Source: Moniliella sp. 'wahieum' (taxonomy: Eukaryota). Taken from it: 64,000 bases of DNA. Both the position numbers and the translations under genes were made by a program. Each line of letters opens with the position of its first letter. The stretch's first letter is position 1. The DNA lies in NCBI GenBank assembly GCA_003971905.1, contig RSEE01000142.1:1-64000 (forward strand). The letters are read 5' to 3'. Below the pieces are notes generated by a model. That model searched no databases. It had not been told where the DNA came from and saw only the letters and a program-made list of their open reading frames with translations. This document shows positions 37,783 to 52,579 of this stretch, piece after piece.

Positions 37783-40700
37783 ATGTCCAGCCCGGACACC
37801 ACCGCGCCCCCCTCTGCTGTCGAGGACGCGCAGCTGCAACAAGACCTCGAGTCGGCCCGCGAAATTCAGCGCGCTCGTCGTACCAGTATGTCTTCGTCTC
37901 CTGCTTGCCGCTGTTACTAATATTAGTCACTTGCGCTGCGGGCACCGTATGGTCGACCGCTCCTAAGGCCTTCCTTCCTAAGGCCTAGTGGGCTGCGGGC
38001 CTAACCCCCCCCCCCGCCGCCGCCCCGGGCTCAGCGGCTCAGTGCTCATGGCTCCTTTAGTCTTCTTCCACTCTTCCCCCGTTCGACCCAGATCACCAAC
38101 TCAAATCACATGTCACATCCGATTTTTTTTTCCCCTTGGCCTGCCGCCGCACACCGCGAAATCAGCGAGACTAACTTAACTCACTTGCTCTTCCAGGTTC
38201 TCTTGCGCTACTCACCACCATGCGGCCTTCCCACTCTCGCAACGGCGCAGAGGGGGAGGAGAGGGTGCGCACGCGTCCCCAGTGCCCGCGACGGTACTCG
38301 AAGGCAGCTCGGCGCTGCTCGCGCACTCGCACTCACACTCGCACTCGCCCACCTCGGCGTGGCCAGCGTCGTCGCCCATCACGTTTGCCAGGTCGCCACC
38401 GGGGCATGGTGAACGGTTTTCGGCCCCACCGCTGCGTGGCGCGAGTGTAGATTCGGACCGGAGCCATGCGCATCCAGAGCCTGGGTCGACCTGGATCGAC
38501 CACCGGCTGTCGCAAGCCGCGCCGGCGAGGGGGGACATGGCATCGTCGTCCCGCTCGCCTGGCCTGGTACGCAACAGCTATTCGCCTGTCCAGCTGGGTT
38601 GCGGCCAGCCTCCCTTGCCGGCGCGCAGTAGGACCTTTGATTCAGCCCGTTCTCGCGCCGCGGGCGTGGGCTCGCTGGACGCGCATCATGCCACGCTGAC
38701 CTCCCCCCATCTGTCCCGCCCACCCAGCGAGGCGACCGCAGAGGACGATGTTTGTTTTCCTAGTCCCCCCCCCGACCTGCTTGACGAGCTCAACCGGGAT
38801 TCGGAGCCCGTCGGGGACGCCACGGTGCAAGATGCGAGGGGAACGCGAACGCGCACGGTGCGGGCCCGGGCCCAGTCGGTGCTTCCCCCCGGCTACCCCT
38901 ACACGTTTGATCTCCAAGCGCTCGACGAGTTTGTTCGCCAGCAACGGGATGAGGCGGATGCGATTCCGATTCAGGCGCGGGTGGTGACTGGGATGCGGAC
39001 GGGCGCAGGGGCGGTGGCCAAGAGCCAACCGGCAGCAAGCTCTACGGGTACCGGCAGTTCCTTTTATTCCCGTCGGCCGCGGAAGCAGGTTGCGCCAGAG
39101 GGGACGGAGTGGCGGTACCGCCGCATCCCTCCTCTTCGGCCTTTTCTCAGCCTGCGTCGGCGCCAGTGGAGCCGTCGAGTATGGCGGGACGGTACCAACG
39201 CAAACTGGCATTGTTTGAGGACCAAGTCGGGACCGCTCCACCGTCTCCTCCGGCTCAGTGGGAGGAGCCGACGGCCGTGTCGGATGGAACGACGGTGGGT
39301 GGTGCGAACGCTCCGGACGCAGGGTACGCCACCGCTCGTACGTCGCTCTTGGACCGCAAGGAGGCGCACGCCGCGCCGAGTTACGGTGTGAGAGAGGACG
39401 AGGAGATGCCCGAGGCGCCCGCTTCCGTGCGCGGCCCAGTTTCCTTCCTTCGGCGCAAGAGCACCCGCGCTTCGGTTCCGGGTGCCCGCGGGCGGGTAGG
39501 CGCCGAAGCACGCTACGATGCTGCGGGCGAGAAGCAGAGACCGTTCCGGTTTGCCTTTTATAGCAATGCGCTCAACAGCACCATCCATGCGCGCCAGCTG
39601 TACGAGCTACCCGGGCCAGGACAGACATTTGAGAACTTGCTCACGGGCCGGCCGGCTTCGAAAGTTGAGATGGATCCCGTCCCCGAACAAGCAGAGGGCG
39701 ACACGGATACCCTAGGAGGGACCACCAACCCCGACTTTCTGGGACCCAGCGCTTCGCCCGAGCCGCGCGAACGTACCCCCACTGCCGGCCGGTACCCGGT
39801 GCCCTGCCTGCTGGGTGGGTCGCGTGCCACCCGATCCGCTGGGCAAAGGGATGCCAACGGGGGGTGATGACGACAACGGCTCAGGAGGACACCAATACCT
39901 GGTGGTTGGATGTTCAGAGTCCCACTGTGGAGGAGATGAAGGTGATCAGCCGCGCGTTTGGGATTCATCCCTTGACGACGGAGGACATTCTGATGGAAGA
40001 AACGCGGGAGAAGATTGAGCTGTTCCGCAACTACTATTTGGTCTGTTTCCGTTCGTTTGACCAAGACCCCTACAGCCCCACCTACCTCCAACCCCTGAAC
40101 ATGTACATCGTAGTGTTCCGCGAGGGCACACTTTCCTTCCATTTCCGCACACACCGCACCCGCACCATGTGCGTCGGCGCATCAAGCAGCTCAAAGACTA
40201 TATTCAGGTTACCTCGGATTGGATCTCGTACGCTTTGATTGACGATATCACCGATGCGTTTGGCCCGTTAATCCAGAGCATTGAGTACGAGGTGGATTCG
40301 ATTGACGAATTGGTCTTGATTTTGAAGGAGGCCGAGCAGAGCGATATGTTGCGGCGCATCGGGCGTGCCGCAAGAAGGTGATGGGGCTGCTGCGTCTGAT
40401 GGGGAGCAAGGCAGATGTGGTCAAGGGACTGGCGAAACGGTGCAACGAGAATTGGTCGGTGGCGCCCAAGTCGGACATTGGTCTCTACCTCTCTGACATT
40501 CAGGACCACTTGATCACCATGACCCAGAACCTGAACCACTACGAGAAGATTCTGTCCCGCTCTCACTCCAACTACCTCGCCCAAATTTCGATCGAGATGA
40601 CGGACGCCAACAATCAAATTAACGATGTGCTGTCCAAGCTCACCGCTCTCGGTACCGTTATTGTGCCGCTCAATATTGTCACGGGTTTGTGGGGTATGAA

Positions 40701-40893
40701 CGTAAAGGTGTGTGTGTCTTCTTCTTCCATCCCTCCTCTCTTGCTTGGATGATATATGGTAGCTGACCTTCCTTAGGTCCCCGGGCAAGTGGATGAGCAT
40801 GACAACCTCTATTGGTTTGGTGGAATTGTGGCCGTCATGGTGGCCATTGGGTTGGGTGGCTTTATTATAACCCTCCGCTTTCTGCGGCGCTGA
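37783..40893 (+). CDS. ALR1: CorA-family Mg2+ transporter (Alr1/Mnr2-like)
   Basis: Motifs WWLDVQSPTVEEMKVISRAFGIHPLTTEDI, DWISYALIDDITDAF, EKILSRSHSNYLAQ and TGLWGMNVK|VPGQ (GMN motif). Introns 37886-38196 and 40708-40776. Confidence 0.93.
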
Positions 40894-41635
40894 GCGCCAA
40901 TTCCCCACCGATTTGCCTCAATCTGGTACCCCTGTCACAAGTTACCCTTCCCATATTGTCCTGTCTTTTCCTATCGCATCTCATGTCGGTTCCGAACAAA
41001 ATCCCACTGCTCTTTCTGCGCTGTATCCCGCAGGTGTCATAGTTTGGCTGATCTCGCTCCCATTTCCAATTTCTTCGTCTCGAGCGTCTCGCTCCCTCCC
41101 TGTTCCTTCCACTTCGCACCATGTCCTCTGTTCTTGCTTCTTCCCCACGAACGATTGCTACACCCCTTGGCCTAGTCCGATTACACCCCTTGGCCTAGTC
41201 CGATTCTGGTCTCCCTCGTCTTAGCCCTGACTGTGACAGCAGGCCTTCGAAGTCATCAGCTGCAAAATTTTACCTGTTACATAAGTTTTTCGACGTCGGC
41301 TTGCTCCGTGTACTTGCCAGTCCCCCTGGGCCAGTAAGCATCTTTGGGAAGCGGTGGCCATAAGGGCACCCAACCTCCCCAATGGGAAGAGGTGAACTGT
41401 AGGACAGAGGGAGCAGCATGGCGAGGGGGCCGCGGGTTAGAGCCTAACCTGCGACAGGAAGATTACCAGCAACTGTATCCTGCACCGGGCTACGACGCCA
41501 TCAAGCGCGATAGACAAAATTACATCTATGTAGCAAGGGCAACAGGAGTCATATCGGAAGCATGCTTCCCAAAAGGCCTAGTAATACAAAACAGGGATCG
41601 AGAGCGAAGAAACGCCAAGCAAGCGAGCGAGAGCT

Positions 41636-42031
<396 letters not shown>

Positions 42032-42068
42032 CTAGCGACAGGTGACAACCCATCGAAAAAAGACTCAC

Positions 42069-42917
42069 TTTAGGAGAGTGTTGAGAGAGAAAAGGGCGAG
42101 TTGGTGGGAGGGAGAAAGCTGCGTTTGCGCCAGGCGAGCGCAGGGGTCGAGGGCTTTATAGCAGAGCTGGGGGTCGCTCGGGGGGGCAGGCGGGGCTGTG
42201 AACGGTGGGGGAGTCAGCGCTTGCGCTTGCGAGGCGAGAGATGCTGCCCAGGTGCGGGCAGGGCGTGAATTGGCGGGGCGGATGCGGCTGGGAGGGCACG
42301 GCGACTGGGCTGTTGCCGGCGCAACCCCCGCTGTCCCCCTCCCCCCGCGCAGGCAAGCAGCAGAGTCCAACTCGAGTCGAGTGCCCAGTTCACCACTGGG
42401 CCTGCGTGCGGCCGCCGCCAGGGGAGGACCACCGAGGAGGGCGAGACACTCTTCCTCCCTGCTCCAGCGCGCGCTTGTGAACGTCCTGGAAGCTGTCCGC
42501 CAGCCCAACGTTCACACGTTCACACGTTCACAGAATCCCAGGCAGTGAGACATGCCTCCGTCGCACTCTGCCGCAGGGCCGGGGCCCAGCAGCGCGCCAT
42601 CATGCATCCTCCACCGTGCATCATGCATCGCTGGCCACCTTATAGCCCCGCCCTGCTGCAGCCTCCTGTCGCCCCCAACGCAACACGTTGTGAACGCGAG
42701 TGGACTGCAACGACTGACAAGCACCCGCTGTGAACGTCTCGAGTCGATGTGAACGCGTGGCCGACGGCCTGCACGACTGACGCGCTGGCACGCCTGGTGG
42801 CCGCCCAACAGCTCGAGAGGGAGCCAACGCAGCCATCCATATATACCCACGCCTCCCTAGCCATTGGGGCCCCCTTCCCCCTTCCCCCTTACCCTCTTCT
42901 CTCTCGTCTCTCTCACT
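42069..42917. promoter_or_regulatory. Bidirectional H4/H3 promoter with 8 TGTGAACG motifs
   Basis: Motif at 42197, 42476, 42689, 42729 and 42748 (+), and three tandem copies at 42509-42532 (-). TATA-like boxes near 42155-42160 and 42839-42845. Confidence 0.75.
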
Positions 42918-43390
<473 letters not shown>

Positions 43391-43922
43391 GGCCTACCCC
43401 GTCTAGGTATGCACACCTTACGTCCCTCCCGCTGTACTTTACCATGTACAATACATGTTCTCCCCGGAGCTTGTCCTGTTTCCCTATTGGTCCCGTAGTT
43501 GGTCCCTGCGCGTGAGCAGCAGAGCCTGGTTGGAGCCAGATGGGAAGCTTGAAGGGAGACCAGAGGGCAGAAAAGTCTTTTGTAAAAGATGAGGATCGCA
43601 ACCCTCGGTACCTCTCAGCCTATTAGTTTCCGTTCCCCGCCACCTACTCCGTACCAACTGCGTACTTCTGGGCAAAGCTGCGGGCGGCGACGAGCGAGAT
43701 CTATAGCAGACAAGCGGGGGGTGGGGGTTGCGTAATGCATCCTGGACTAAGTCCCGCCGTGCACGTGAGGGGTAGGTGGGAGATGGATAGCGATGCGAAA
43801 GAGAGCGCAGGGGGGGGGGGGGGGAGAGAGGGACTTGGGCCCGCCTTGCGGGTTACGGGTTACCACGGAGGCTGTCGGGGAAAGTGCGTCCCAATCGGGC
43901 GGGGCATGGGGCTGCAAACCCG

Positions 43923-45482
43923 CTAGGCAAGCAGGGCTAGGCTAGGTGTGACCTGGGGGCGGGGCAAAGTGAGCGTGGTGCGCCAGAGGCGGGGGTGGGA
44001 AGGCGCGGGTGCCGTGCTGGGTGGGTGGTTGGCCGGGTGGACATGGGCGTGGGCGTGGGCGTGAGCGTGAGCGTGGGCACCTGCCTTCCCACTGGCCGAC
44101 TCGAGCGAGACCTGGCCCGAGCCAAACTGCAACAACTGGTCCGCGTAGCGTTGGAACTCGTCGAGCGGGATGGAGAGATGGAAATCGTTGAGCAAGAGGA
44201 ACTGCAGTTCGAGCTGGTTCAGCTCGGTGACGCCCAAGCCGCCGACCTTGGCGTAGCGCGAGTTGGTGTAAAACACGTCGGAGAAAAATTTGCTGGCCAC
44301 CGTGATGCCGGCAATGACCAGCCGATGCACATTGTACGAGTCGATGGCAAATCCCTTCATACCCGGGTACACCAACTCTTCCTTCTCCTCCGCCGCCGCA
44401 GAGGCGGTAGGGGCAGGGGCAGGGGCAGACTGAGCCAGATTGTCCAGCGGAGGCAAGCGGGTATGGGTCAGGCTGTCGGCGGTGACTGCTGGCGCACGCG
44501 GTGCGTCACCCGAGGAGGGGAGGAGGGAAAGGTGGCGCCGCCCATGCGGCTCATCCGATCAAAGTAGACCAAAAGGGAGATGAAGACCTCGTTGGTGGTA
44601 GGGCAGTACTTGAGAATGCGTAAGAGGTAGTCGGCAATAGAGATGCTGGGTACAGTTCGTGCATGGAAACAGAGTGTGCTGCCCACCGTAGTCAGTGCGC
44701 CCTGGGCAGCCGAAGTCATCTGGGGGGTGCCACTGATTCGGTCCAAGCTGGACTCGAGCGCCTCTCGCCGCTGGCTCGCGGTGGGCGTGCCAGTCGTGCC
44801 AGCGGAGGAGGCAGGACCGGCTGGCTGGCCGTGGCTGTGGCCGTGGCTGTGGCTGCCGTAGTCGGAGTCTCCTCGGTCGCAGATGCAGGATTGGGTATCA
44901 TCGCAGCCGCTTGCCGCGAGTGGGAGGGGGGCTGGGAGGAGGAGTGGGAGCGAGAATGGGAGGGGCTGTTGGACGGAGGGCGCAGGCGGTCGTTGGCACT
45001 GGCGATCTGCTGCAAAGCGCAGCCAGTATCCGCAGCAAGTCGCGGCTAGGGAAGGTGGCCAGGTTGAGATGTTGCCTGGGCTGGGCGGCGCCGTCTGAGC
45101 CGGGCTGGGCTGGGACTGCAGACGATCGGATGACGATGCGGGGGGCGAGGGGGGGAGGGGCGCGCGCGAGGCTGCGGAGGCGGGCCGGCAGACGCAGCAT
45201 GCGCAGGGGCATGGCCAGCGACGGACGGCGGTTGCGTCTGCGGGGGCGGGGGCGGGGCGGGGGGGGTTGTATGGGGGGCCGGGGCGGACATGGCGGGGGA
45301 GCAGGGAGGATGGCGGGGGCAGGGGCGGGGGCAGGGGCGAGGACGAGGGCGAGGGCGAGGGCGCCGGGTGTGGTGCTGGAGAGGCGATGTGGTTGGGCAG
45401 GTGCTGGCCCGGGCACTGCGACTGGCAGCGGCGGCGTGCTCCCAGCAAGAACGTGCGGAGGCGAGCGGATGATCAAAGCCAT
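43923..45482 (-). CDS. Pho80/Pcl6-7-like cyclin
   Basis: Segments FHARTVPSISIADYLLRILKYCPTTNEVFISLLVYFDRM and YNVHRLVIAGITVASKFFSDVFYTNSRYAKVGGL..ELNQLELQFLLLNDF. Confidence 0.88.
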
Positions 45483-47948
45483 TCAATCTTCAATGGCGGC
45501 GGATGCGCTAAGCCTGGCCCGGAAGAGGCAGCCCTGATCATCCATCCGCATCACCCGTCCTCCCTCAAACCAGCCGTGCCACACTGCCGCCCTGCCCCGC
45601 TCGCCCCCCCCCCAGCGCCGTGCTCACGCGTCACACGTCACCCTTCGAGCTTGGAGACAGCCAGCGTGTGACAACCAGGGACATGCGACACCGGCCCAGG
45701 CGCCCTTCGGAGAGACGCTCTGAAGCTTGAGGCCCATGAAAAACATTCCCATTCGCCGTCTCTTGAGAGTGCCGCCTGCAGCATCGCCTCCTATGCCTGA
45801 CATCCAACACGGTCTTCCCGCGCCGTAGTACCTCTGCAGACCCCATCCCCCCTATCATCGTCTATGCCATGTCTCGTAGAGGGGTCTCAACAGCCATATA
45901 GTGCGATAGCAATGTAACATCGCATCATTGCCCAGCCGTCAGACCGTCGGATACTGGTTGTGCAATCTGGCAGCGTAGTAGGACCAACAACGAAGCTGGA
46001 AGGCAGACGAGGGCAGGCGCTGCGGATTGCTGGTGCGCGCTCCATACTCGTCTGTTGGCAGCTAAAACCCACACGCAGATACTTACGCCCGTGGGTCGCA
46101 AGCATCCGCCGCCGCGTGCCCAAGTCCACGGGGCCGCGACGGCCGAGGACGAGGGTCGGCGGTTGGAGGAAGATTCCACTGAATGTGGAGCACGCCGAGG
46201 AACACCAAGGACTATGCCAGTGCGATGGGCTACGGCAGCGGCGACCACCAGAAGACACGCTGGCTTGCGCACGTGCGACGAGTGCTGTGCAGTGCCCAGC
46301 CCCCGTGTGGTGCAGCCTGCTCGCACCTCTCCATCCCAGGTCGCATCGGTGCAAGTCCCCATCGTGTCCAAAATGCAATGTTCACTACGCCAGGTCGGCT
46401 CCACGGTCACGTGCCGCTGCGGTGGGTGCGCGGGCCAGCACGCACCGCAGGCCAGCTGGCAGACAGAACACGTGCCCCCGCCGTTCGTCCATACCGCCCA
46501 TCCCCCGCCTCCACCTCTTTCCCACACATCTCCTCCACCGCGCTGGGCTGCCCAATTTCCAGCGAGCAGATCTCCTCGTCGAACCGCACTGCCGAGGCTT
46601 GGTTTTCCGCGCTTTTCTCGAGGGCCTGAGCGCAGTGAACAACCAAGACCTGGTCGCGCAGAACACGACGTGGTCAGGCCAGTGGATTGGAACCCAAGTA
46701 GCTCTCCGCATTATCCTTCAACTTCATCTTCCTCTTTCGCACGTGGGAGGGCCGGCTCATAAACCCCCGCTGCCATCACCGTCTTCACCCTGTTGCATCG
46801 TACCAGCCCACCCAAGGATTGGGTCCCCCAAGGTGGGTGCACTAATGCGCAACTCCGTGAGTCCTCACACACCGCGATAATTGAATTAGCGCAGGAGAAG
46901 CGGAATGGGTCGGATGCGAGGCGGTAGAGGGACTTGGGTGCCTCCTAAGCTGCTGCGCGCGCTACAGCAAACCAATCCATCCATCGGGTGCTCAGGATCA
47001 AGGGGCAGGGGCAGGGGCAGCCAAACCCACTGCAGACGCAGTGGAGAATCTTGTGGCGCCGCCCGAGACCGAGCAGGACGACCTCTTTCAATATCAGCAG
47101 GCTGTCCAGCGAATCCAGCTGGACACGGCCCCGCCCCGACCGCCTCCAGGTCAACTTAGAGCAGGAAACGGGAGGACCTATGGACCCAGAAGCAAGAAGA
47201 ACGGCGACAGTCGCTCCAACTCGCTTCCATTGACAAGCAAGCCAAGGTAGCAGGAGGCCGTAACACGGGACAAAACGTGCCGTGAATGGAAGAACCAGGT
47301 ATGCCCCCTCTGTCAATCCTTTGAACGTTGACAACCAGAGTTCTTATGTTGTGAGGAGATTCACCGGGCACCATGCGCCAGTGCCCAAATTGCAGGAGCG
47401 GGACATCCTCCAGGGTCGTGCAGGAACAGTATCGCCCAGAGTCTTGGGGATTGCCTTTGAGCTCGCCACGCCAGGTGGACGGATAGCTCCACTGCTCCTT
47501 TTGGGACTGGCACTTGACTCGCGCCCTTGTTGTGACCGCCTTCTTATTCCTTCGGCGGTCTGGCGACTGGCATGCACTGCTATCGGCTTAAATTCGACCA
47601 GACTAATCACCTCGCTTGGGCCATGTGTATTGGAGACAGGTAACCGAGCCGCTGGGTCCAAAGGCCGAGCCTGCAGCACAAACTGGAACCGGTCCGGTCT
47701 ATATTGGATGGATGGAGCACAGGATCAGGGAAGCCGATGAGGAAGTACATTGTACAGGGATGGAAGCAGATGCTACCAACGAGAGAGGGAGCAGGGAAGG
47801 GCATCAGGGTAAGCGGAGGAGGGGGGAGGGGCGGGAGGGGTACATATTACACAGAGACGATCGCGCCCGAATCCGAGTCGATGGGGGGGCACCTTGCTCG
47901 CGTCCATTCCATCGACCAGAGCAGGTTCAAGATCTAGGCCACGGCGAC

Positions 47949-48572
47949 TTAGGCCGCGACCTTCTTGGCCTTGGGGGCCTTTGCCTTGGCGGGCTTGGCC
48001 GACTTGGCCGTCTTAGCCTTGGAAGTCTTGGTCGTGGTGGCCTTGGCTTTGGGAGCGGCCTTGGTCGTGCTGGCTTTCTTAGTGGTGCTCGACGCCTTCT
48101 TGGCCGTCTTGGTCGCCGCCTTCTTGGGCGCAGCCGCCTTGGGTGCCGCCTTCTTGACGGCGGCCACCTTGGCGGTCGGAGCAAGCTTCACCTTCCCTGC
48201 CGGGCCCTTGGGGAGAAGGAACACGTTCTTCTCGGCTCCCTTGGCGATGGCGCGCGAGATGAGACCGCTAAAGGTCGCTGCAGGGCGCGCGGCCGTGGCG
48301 GGGTGCTTGGCCTGGATCCACTTCTTGAGCAGCGGACGCGACAGTCCGACGCGCGAAGCTTCGGGATGGGCAAGGATGGCCTCCTTGATCATCTCCTGCA
48401 GGCGGGTACAGTTGTTAGTTGCGCTTGCTCACGAACCGGGGCAGGGTGGCAACCGCCCCCTATCTTTTCCCATTTTCACCCGGTCACGCGCAGCGCGCAG
48501 GGGTGGCAACAGAGCACGTACCTCGTAGGATGGCCCTTCGGGCTTCTTGGCAGCAGTCTTGGCAGTAGGCAT
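47949..48572 (-). CDS. HHO1: Linker histone H1
   Basis: MPTAKTAAKKPEGPSYE, intron 48396-48521, then EMIKEAILAHPEASRVGLSRPLLKKWIQAKHP...LPKGPAGKVKLAP and a K/A/P-rich tail. About 165 aa. Confidence 0.95.
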
Positions 48573-51508
48573 GGTGGTGGGGGATCGGGTGGTGGGGAGG
48601 GTGGTGGTGGTAGTGGGGAAGGGGAGGGCGGGCGGGGGACAGAGGGAAAGAGAGCGGGTCAGGTGCCGAGGGGTATATGTGCCAGGGAGGGAGATGTGTC
48701 TCAGATGGAGCTGTGTGCTAGTTGGGGCTCGAACTGATTGGGCAGATCGGATTGCGAAGCGCCGAGGCTGGCTCAGGTGGGAGGACATTTGTGAACGTCT
48801 CCCTTGGAGGACCCGTGTGCGTGCAACAAACGCACCAAACTCGCTCCGAGTGGCTTATTACTTACCCAGCACACGCGCTCCAGACGCTGGGCATCTCTCG
48901 CCCGCGCCACGGGGCACAGTCGCTGCCACCTACTAATCAACCACTCGCAGAATGAGCGCCCAGGCTCTCAGAAGCTACAAGAAGTACGACCGGCACCCGC
49001 GCATGGGGAGAACTGAGAGGAAACCACTGCTAGTAGGATGGGGTGCGTGTTTTGGCACAGGGCATCTCTCCTTAGGTAGTCGAGTCTAGCAGCTGCCTCG
49101 CCCGCCTCTCTCGCAGCGCGTGCTGTCCAATACGCCGACCGCAGCAAACCTCGGTCTTGGCGCTGTTTCTGCAATGCATCGAAAGCGGGCGTCTCAATCT
49201 CATCGTTGCTGGCCAAAAGCCCATACTCCTCGAGGAGAACAGCAGCTCCAGGAGGTGCTTCTCCAAAGCAATTCCAACGAGGTTGGCATGTTTATTGGTT
49301 TAACGTTTAACCCGGCACATTGTGTTTTAGTGCGCACCATAACCAACCAAAGTGTTCAAATCACCAATCACGAATCACCCGAAAATCGTAGCAAACGGTG
49401 AACGCAACCCACACCTCCGCCTCCGCCCCAATGGAAGACGGAAACCCACACTCGCCTGTGGGAGCTGGGACGACGACATCGCGCCCGCCGTCCCGCGCAT
49501 GCAGAGAGCCGTTCGGAGGATCGAGGGAGGCGAAAATGACACGCAGTGCGGCCAAAACCTCCGTCGCGTTGCACACATTGAATCCGTGTGGCATGCCGCT
49601 CTCCCCTCGAACTCGTGAGCAATCCCACAAGAGCGGAAACGCGCCAACAAACCCCTGCCATCAGCACGTCTCGAGTTCACTCTTGCACCATCCGGCCGGA
49701 ATACGCAGGCCTACTCGATGACCCGATAGATTCAAGACGTGTCAGGCGTCCAGCGTCAGGGGGACGGGTCGGGGCTGTATGACCAGATACACGTTATGGC
49801 CTAGCCCGCCGAGCCACAAAAGATACGGTCGAGAAGCGTACCAGGTGCCCCAATTCGTTCTCGCCGCGGTGGTACCAATGACCGTGTCTGTGTGAGCGAG
49901 CACAATACACGCCCAACGGCCCTTCGTGACATTGTCAAGGCCACCTCAACCCGTACGGTTACCACCCTAAAAGAAAGGTGACGAGGGGCATGAAGTGCCA
50001 CTCCCCCGGTGGCCCCACACCCATGGAGGCGAATACAAAACCCAGCCACCACAGGGCCGAGCGGGAACTTGAACAGGCCCTGCAGTGCCCTGCGGTTCAA
50101 CCCGCCTCGACCACGGCTGGACGCAACTGGCATCCTCTCTCCACAGATGGCACGTCGGAGTGGGTCCTGTCCCGCGGCCCGGCAGATCTTACCAGAGTGG
50201 GCCATTGGATCGCTCCCCGTACCGCTCTCACTACATGCTCCCTCACCGCCACCAGCACGTTCCTGGACCCGGCCATCCCCTCGAGTGAGATGCAGGCTGT
50301 GCTTATGGGATTAGGCATGGCTCTTGTCTCCATAGCCCTGCAGCTGTGCGAGCGCGACCTGCTTGTTTAGCCCCGTACATGTGCGCAGGATGGCGTTGCA
50401 AGCGGCTTCGCCCCGATGCTGGTCGAGTAGCAGGCGCGTTGTGTCGCTGCCGCCACGGATTTGCGCAACTGAGAACCTATAGCCGGGTGGCTGACGACCT
50501 GGTCATACTGGCAGGGTAGAGGGGCTCGACATGGCCACCACGGCTGAGCGTATATCCCAGACCAGCCGTGTGGTCGGTTCGGGTGTACAAGCCTCTGGGC
50601 AGAGACACGACGGGTAGCATTCCCGCCCCGCGTACTCTTGCTCAACGCCCATCACAACCGACTGGCCTCTCCCACAGGGCCGCTCTTCTCGTCCAGGCCC
50701 ACTGTTCTGGGAGGAGGAGCAGCGATTGAGCCTTGTCAAGAACAGGCACTTGCTAAACGTGACGGGCTTGACCCACCTGTCAAGCTAAGTCAAAGACATT
50801 CGCCGCGCTCATTCGTCTGCCGGAAGCCTGCGGCTGTGCTCGACTGTGTGCTCTGGCGCATCCAGCGCGGCGTTGGCAAAGGTCCCTTGCGCTCCGTGGA
50901 TGGCATGCCGCCAGGTCAGGATCACCCATATGATTGTGAAGACGCCCATGGCCGCATCCAGTTTGAAGTGTTGACCGTCGTCTCCTTGTGGGGTCGGCTA
51001 GGCTCGGGTGCCTTTGATTGGGCACAAAGTGGCTGTTCGTTGGGGTTGGGTCCAAATCGGTCTAGCACGGCGCTTCCTGCAGCTGCAAAGCACGGTTGCT
51101 GCCACTCCCACATGTACGTGTGAAAGGCTTTCTATTGACTGCATCTTTTCCCAATCTCCTACCGAAACTTCGCCCTCCATGCATCTCTCTCCACTTGTCC
51201 TGCGCCTTGTGTCCAACGATGCCTGTCACGACGATATAATCCTTTTGCGGTGGTCAGTGGGATGGATGGCGGTGTATACTCGTACTTGATACGGATGTCA
51301 GCCGCTCCTTCCCCGACCAGTTTCCAGCTCAAGTCAATCTCTCCGCTCTCATCTTCCTTCCCCACCACATGGACCCCTCCATCCCCCTACATCGGCTCAC
51401 ACCAGCAAAGGTGGTCCTTCTTGTGATCAAAGTGTTTTGTGGCGTGGGAAGCCGCGAAAAATCAGAGTCCATGGCGGGGCCAAACAAGGAAAGTTTCTTG
51501 CAGCAAGC

Positions 51509-52579
51509 TTAGAGCAGCGTCTCCCCCAGGGCAGCGCGAACAAGCGAGCAACCAATCGCGACGGTCGCATCGGCGTGCTCGGGAGACAGAGCCGGGTTGA
51601 CCTCCATAATGTCCATGGCAACCAAGCTTCCGGTCTCGTACAGTGCCTCGCAGATGTAGTGACCCTCACGGAACGTCAGGCCACCTCGGACGGGGGTGCC
51701 CGTGCTGGCGGCCACAGTGGGGTCCATAGCGTCAACGTCAAAGGAGAGGTGGATGGGGCGGTCCCGCTTGCCCTGCACACCGTCGTTGAGGTAGTCGAGC
51801 GCCTTGTCGACAACGGCCCCAATCCCATACTTGTCCACCTCAAACATAGAGTAGGCCTTGATGCCGTACTCACGCAGGATCTGCTTCTCCCCAGCGTCCA
51901 CATCACGCAGACCAATAAACACGAGGCGCTTGGGGTCGAGGAATTTGCCTGCGGGACCGGGGAGCCACTCAAAGGGGTGAACCAAACTGTCCTTCAGTCC
52001 AAGCAGGAAAGAAACGGGGCAGCCGTGCAGATTTCCACTCTCGGTCGACTTGGGCGTGTTAATGTCGGCATGAGCATCGACCCAGATCAGCCCAGCGTCG
52101 GGGTGGGCAGTCAAGGTGCCAAGCACCGTACCCAGGCCCTACTCGCGGAAAAGTCAGTACGGCTGGAGAATACACAGCGGGAAAGGGAGCACGCGAGGGG
52201 TGGGTGGGTGGGTGGGGCGTACAAGGCTATGGTCACCACCAAGGGTGACGGGAATCTGGCCTTGGGTTGCGTGGCTGGCAACTACTTCGGCGACCTTCTT
52301 GGCGATGGTCGACACGGTACGGGGCTTCTTCATGCCGTCCAGGTCGGTGTCCTGGGCCACAAACTCCGGGGGCGCAAGGGCGGCAAAGTCCTGGTGGCCT
52401 TCAAACTGGACATGCCAGCCAAGCTGCTCGAGTTGAGCGGGAAGGCCAGGGTTGATGAGAGCACTGGGGCCGTGCTCGACGCCAGCCTTGCCCTGGCCAG
52501 CAGAGCTGGGGCAGCCGATGAGAGCAGCAGTGTTGCTCTTGACGTAGCGGAGGTGGTGCTGGGGGGAGTCGGCAGACAT
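51509..52579 (-). CDS. CAR1: Arginase
   Basis: Motifs [25 protein letters not shown] and [20 protein letters not shown]. Intron 52139-52222. About 328 aa. Confidence 0.97.

Noticed and set aside
45900..47700. Possible plus-strand hypothetical gene between the cyclin and H1
   Set aside because: No recognisable domain, and no consistent exon structure could be built. RNA-seq would be needed.
48950..51300. Possible plus-strand hypothetical gene between H1 and arginase
   Set aside because: Fragmented ORFs without recognisable motifs, so it cannot be supported.
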